The notes beneath the pieces were generated by a model. It had not been told where the DNA came from. It ran no database searches and was given only the letters and a program-made list of their open reading frames with translations. A stretch of DNA of 64,000 bases from Lingula anatina. Its lineage: Eukaryota; Animalia; Brachiopoda. Positions within the stretch are counted from its first letter, which is position 1, and each line of letters begins with the position of its first letter. Positions 58,534 through 64,000 of the stretch are shown here, in pieces. The translations under genes were made by a program, and so were the position numbers. The stretch is from positions 9,920,001 to 9,984,000 of the forward strand of contig CM120640.1 of assembly GCA_051362555.1 (NCBI GenBank), in the 5' to 3' direction.

Positions 58534-60422
58534 AAAAAGACATGTCGACCTGTTTGATAATTTTCTATTGATGTTGATTGTTAAAGAACATTAAAAGAAC
58601 ATTTTGTTTCTATAAATCTCCTTCATTTTCACGCTCATTTAATATCAACCATTCTCAGGTTGATATTTCAATATGGTCCTCACAAAAGAGAAAAGAGAAA
58701 CTACAATATCGTTAAGTGGAAAACAAACTTTTAAAAAGTATTAAAGTAAATAGCTATATTTACACATTTACTCCTCAAGATTTCAGGCATTTCTTTCAGC
58801 AACATTTAGGTCAGAAAAGGTTCTTGAAAATAGATTCAAGTGCATGTATATTGGGCGAACATAAAATTATTCCATTCTCTTGAAAAAACACAAACTAACA
58901 CCCTAGGGTGAAAAAAGCTTTGAAAGAAATGAAAGCAAATACAAAAAGATCATACGCATTGCTTACACCTTGCTCTCTTCAGGTGTCAAAGAGTGCAGTG
59001 CATAGTTTTCGTGTAATGTTGTGTAGCATTATAAAGAAATAAGTAAGATACACTTGTTGCTGGGCGGATGCTGGAAAAAAAGGGGTTTTACTATACATAT
59101 TGTATGTGCACGTTACATGTAACTAACGTATATCACCAACGGTTTGTGTAATGGAAATCTTTGCATAGGTTCCTCTTAATTCGTTGTAATAACACATTTG
59201 TCTATTGGAAAAAACAGAGGGTAAATAATCAAAACGCATATGTGAAAAAATGTAAGACTTGGTAGCAATATGTAATGACAGGTTAACGTTTATCTCAGGT
59301 TGTTCACAGAGACTTGGATCGGACGAAACCACAGCGCGGGAACAAATAAATGTTTACGATATCGACTGCATTTCAATTAAACTCTAGATCGTAAAAACAG
59401 GATTGTGAATTGTGCAATATTCAATGCCATATTGGAAGGTTATTATCATAACCAGAAAGTTACTGGCAGCGACCCTTCGTGCTGATACGTGTTTATTTTC
59501 TTTTATACAAAGCACGCCATGTGCATGGTAATTCTTTGAAAAATTAATGCGGTGCAGCAGAATATCCTTTTGATCTTTCAATAAATCGTAATATTATTGG
59601 ACTTGTTTTTAATTTTTATGAACTGCATTCTAGACTTCCAAAAATAACAGTTTAAACTAATCTTTCACGGTTTCAATATTCCATTGATTTCTTATGTCGC
59701 GACCCAGCGACTTTTTCCGCCACGACCTACACCCTTAATTTTCCGCCCTTACAATTCTAGACTCACGAAGTGAAAAATCTAAATATTTTCATTAGAAAAC
59801 TAATATGTTTTTAGTAATACTATCAGGTTGCAATTTTGCAACAGATACAATACCATGAATATTTTATACGTAATAACGGTCAAAATGTTACTTAGGGTTG
59901 AGTGAAAATTAAAATCAGCCTATATGTTTGTCACAATCACACGCCCCATCTTATGTAGTTGCCATGTCCTTGAGTCCTTTCTATTCTGTAAATGTTTACA
60001 TTCAATATTTAGGGGTTTTCAATAGTAAATCCCAGATTCACTTATACTATCAGACCATGAGTCAAAGAGCCGTTTCCATTAGCTTGGGCCGCCTTAGTTG
60101 AATGTGTGTTTTGCCACACTTGACAATCAAGAGTGCGTAATATATCCAAATGAGCTGCTCGAGAGAGATTCCATTGTGGACACGTAGTATTTGCGCTCCC
60201 AAATACGTCTAGAGGCAATGTCAAAATTAAAGTGGTCTTTGTGTGCGCAGGTAATTGAGATTTAAAGTAGCGCGTTTCGTGTTATTTAATTCTGTCCTAC
60301 CCGGGTCGACCACTTGGTAAGCCACGTATTTCGTCTCTAGGACAATGAGCGGTGCTCAATTAAACAAATTATGTGGAAAAGGCATCAGATGAAGTATTAG
60401 AAGATTATTTCAAAGATTCAAA

Positions 60423-62310
60423 ATGGCAGAGTCACAAACTGCACGACGCAACTCCGGTAAGCAGTAGGCCTATGCCTATTTACTTTTCATGTAAATAATT
60501 CTTATTACCTGAATTGAAGAATGGAATTGTACCAAAATCAAATAATTAGTCATGCCACTTGTATTGAAGTTTGTACAGAAACTGAATTATTGCCGTTGGC
60601 TGTACATGTTACGTGTAAAATGTGATTCCATATGCTACAACTGACCCACTATAGTCCATAAAACTTTTGTCAAATTTGAGTATGCTCTCTTGGCTGGGTT
60701 TTACATGATAAAATTAAATGTTTTTTGTTCACCATATATATATTCGATATTACACATTTCAGTAATTATAATACAGAAGTTAAAGCAATTAGAATTTTAT
60801 CATAAAAGTATCAAAATCTACTTATTTTCACCAAACAGCCCACGAACTAGGACAAAGACGAACACAGAAGTTGGCCAACACAGAGGCAAGACTGGTGAGA
60901 TCTTACCTGCGAGAAATTCATTCTCGCTGGGAGAAACTTACCCAGGAGCAACATATCATAATGTCCGAGTGGGACCAAAAACAGCGCAATTTGTGGAAGA
61001 ATAAACGAAGACTTGTTCTTCTTGCTGAGCGTATTGCGAATACTGATCGCAGTAAAGAGGCCGAGAAACATTTAATGGTCGCTAACTTGGAAACCGCGAT
61101 AGAGAAAGTCGAAAAAGGTGCTCATGGTACGCCAGAAGACAGCGAACAAATCCCGCTGGATAATGTCGGAGTCAAAACTTCTGAAACAGTCCAAAGTTTT
61201 GATAAAAGTCAAGTGGGAAATGTGAGTCCCAGAAATCCTGTAACAGAGACGAGACGAAAATTTAAATGTTCCAAGTCTGAAAATTCTTCATTTGACGTCG
61301 ATAAACCATATCCAAAATCAAAATTTTCTGGAAAATTACCCGTTCAACAGCCTGACATAGATACCCAGGTGCCTACTGACACAGAAAAAAACGATAAAAT
61401 CAAATACCCTGACAAAAATAAAAATACATTAACTCAAAACATTCATTCGGAAGTGCCAAGGAATAGTCAAACGGACAAAAAGGCACAAATAGCAGGAGTG
61501 CCTAGCGGTGCTGAAATAGAAGTAAACCCCGAAAATTCTAACAGTGGTAGTCGGATCAAAGACAATTTATCTGGACAAAATGTCAATAAATACGTCGGAT
61601 TAAACCCTCTTGGTTCAAAAACCAGTGACATGTCAACGGGCCAATCTTCCAACATAAACACTTCATGTGAAGGCACATCGGAGTCCGAATCCAACGCAAC
61701 AGGTACCATTTGGGGCGTTACCAGCGCAAGACAGGAAAACATACCCGCTGCAGATCCAAACGCTAAATCTACAGAACCACTGAACAATAATGACAAATCT
61801 CTCGATGAGTTATTACCGAAGTTAGCCGGCATGGGAATTTACAGCTACGGACATGGTTATGGCTTACACCCGGGTGCACAGGGGCAGAGAAAACTTGTGA
61901 CAAAGTTGGAAATGTTTGCGGATTACGATGGAACCGTTCTAGACTTTAAGAACAACCCTCGTGGCAGAAGACCACGAACACCCGTTCCCAGATTCGATCA
62001 GATCGTTCCCGTAGGGCGATTACGTAAATTTCTCCAGAAGGAAGAGGAAAAACATCATGAACTGATCATTCGAAACAAACTTTCTCATTTCAAGACTGTG
62101 TCAGACAAAAAGTTGCAAACTATAGACGACAGACTACAAACAAGTTCTTTTAAAGCACCGCGTGCGAAGTCAGCGTTTGCCTTGTCTTCATCCGATTTCG
62201 AGAGACGTAAAAAAATTCGATTTCGTTCAAAGTCGGCTCCATTGAAAACAACTCCCTCCACGCGTGAATCGTTTTGGGATGTAAAACATAATAACCTTTT
62301 TCTTGATTGA
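60423..62310 (+). CDS. Orphan ~501-aa protein, N-terminal coiled coil and disordered middle; join(60423..60456,60839..62310)
   Basis: aaaATGG...CCG|gtaagc exon (MAESQTARRNS, phase 1) joins acceptor ccaaacag|CC in frame with the 479-codon ORF, whose own start is only a TTG. Confidence 0.75.
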
Positions 62311-64000
62311 TTGTTTTGTGTAAACGTGACATTAGATGTACAATATAAATTGAATTCATATTTTTTATTGAAGTCATGATTTCAGATAAACGTGCATTAT
62401 TATATTCAACTCGACTAAAAAAAGTCCTATCAAGATATTCTATTTTGCGTCTGTGTACTTCATCATCTGTTAGTTTTTCAAATAAAATCAAAATAATATT
62501 ACAGCTTTTAGGCTTTTCAGCAGACTAAAATACTATGACCGCACATTCGTTTATTCACACACCCAAACACAGAACTAACCAGACGGTACCACACGCACGT
62601 TTGTAAACTCGCTCGACAGTATTTTAGTAACTGTTTATGCATATAGAGGGCTCTGGTTTTCTCTAACTTACTGCTGCCTCAACCAGGCACAGCGGCACAG
62701 AGGTGGCATTACTCTCCGATTTCAATAACACAGATTAGCCTTTGATAAATTATGTTGTTATGGATTTTGCTGAGAGTTTAGAACATAATATTAACCGACA
62801 CACTGTTGAAATTATCCCCAGTTTATGTCTTCAGTCAAAATAAAGTATATTTTGCTCGACTAGAGTAAACCCAGCTCCCATTTGCCGTTCCCCTGGAGAT
62901 GGAGGGGTTTTTGCATTAAAAGAGACAAAGTGATATAAATTTATCAAAATTGGCCCATGTCGTGTGGAGCGTGGGCTCTTTCTATTAGGTGCCTATACTT
63001 GATCGACTTGCATAAAGACTGATCTGCAATTATTCAACTTTTTTTCCAATTATTCTAATTCAAATAAAGTTTTGAAATACAAATAAATTTCAAATCAATA
63101 CTGTTGGCTCTGTTCCACTTCGTCTTTTCCACGGTGAGCATAAAAACGTCCCACGGTTTATTATTATAGAAAAATAAATAAAGGAAAAAGCTCCCGCATT
63201 TGGGTTTTAAATGTTAGTGCGTTAGGTATGCTTTTCAGGTCGGATGTGCGAGGGACTCCGGTCCTTGTAATGTACGCCTGTCTGATTGTGTTAGGATTGA
63301 ACTTAAATTTGATACGAGCAAAGTCTATTGCCAGGCAGTGTAGTACGCTCTAGGACTGGAGAAGGGAAGGAAGGGCAGGGAATTACTCTTACAGTTATCA
63401 GGTATAGTTGACCGAATTTTCTGTCTCTCCGCAAGCCTTGAATTGAAATAAAATATATTTACTGACCGTGTTACGCACGCGTTACGCTAGTCACGCTCTG
63501 TAAATACATTATGGGGGAAAACTGCGTACACAGTGAAAATTCGGTCTAATATTTCTTATTTACACCCGTTTACTTTATTAGAGTGAGAAAATAATGTAGC
63601 AGATAGTAAAGAACAGGTGAGGTCGTTCCTATGGGATTAACGAGAGCCTCCAGAGATAAGATCTAAATTCAATTTCAAACAAAAGGCAAAAATATCTCCG
63701 GCTAGAGTTGCAGAATTTGATTAGGAAATGAGAAGGGAGACCAACTGATTAACTTACGTTAACTTAAGTCCTTAGGAAAACAAAACCATATAGTTTTTCT
63801 CCGTATACCTTGTTCGTTTAAAACGCACTGCATACCGATGTAAGCCTATAAGACAACACGCCTAGCATACTTGGGAGGTATGGAGATATTGGAGCAAGGG
63901 AAAGTTGGTAGACTAGTCGGCTGTCTTGCAGCTCTAGGATACATATATATGCATTACATGTAGAGAAAGTGATTGGCAGGAGTGGTGAACAAAAAACCTT

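Noticed and set aside
62850-63400. GC-richer patches that might be SINE remnants
   Set aside because: No Pol III boxes, tail or second copy in the window; cannot be supported without a repeat library.

Overview
AT-rich, intron-rich animal genomic DNA, most likely from an invertebrate; the taxon cannot be fixed from sequence alone. Bases 220-41156 (+) hold the 5'-truncated remainder of an axonemal inner-arm dynein heavy chain gene, DNAH10 (about 65-70 GT-AG exons, four P-loops, stalk, C-terminus ...[17 protein letters not shown]). A late intron (33040-39905) contains an apparently intact, young, antisense tyrosine-recombinase (DIRS-order, PAT-like) retrotransposon at 33684-39635. It has split direct repeats that read identical (A1-ORFs-B1-A2-spacer-B2), gag with a CCHC knuckle, RT-RNaseH-MT-like pol, and a recombinase ORF that lacks a start codon and begins at a splice acceptor. 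Between pol and the recombinase lies a polarised ~94-bp tandem array whose most conserved part is a hairpin with a GGAU loop. The array falls inside the predicted gag-to-recombinase intron and is the most unusual feature here. Another intron carries a decayed minimal hammerhead ribozyme. Downstream of DNAH10 the DNA becomes CpG-rich and holds five orphan, disordered, S/K/R-rich genes that share short linear motifs. All coordinates were read by eye; no searches were run.
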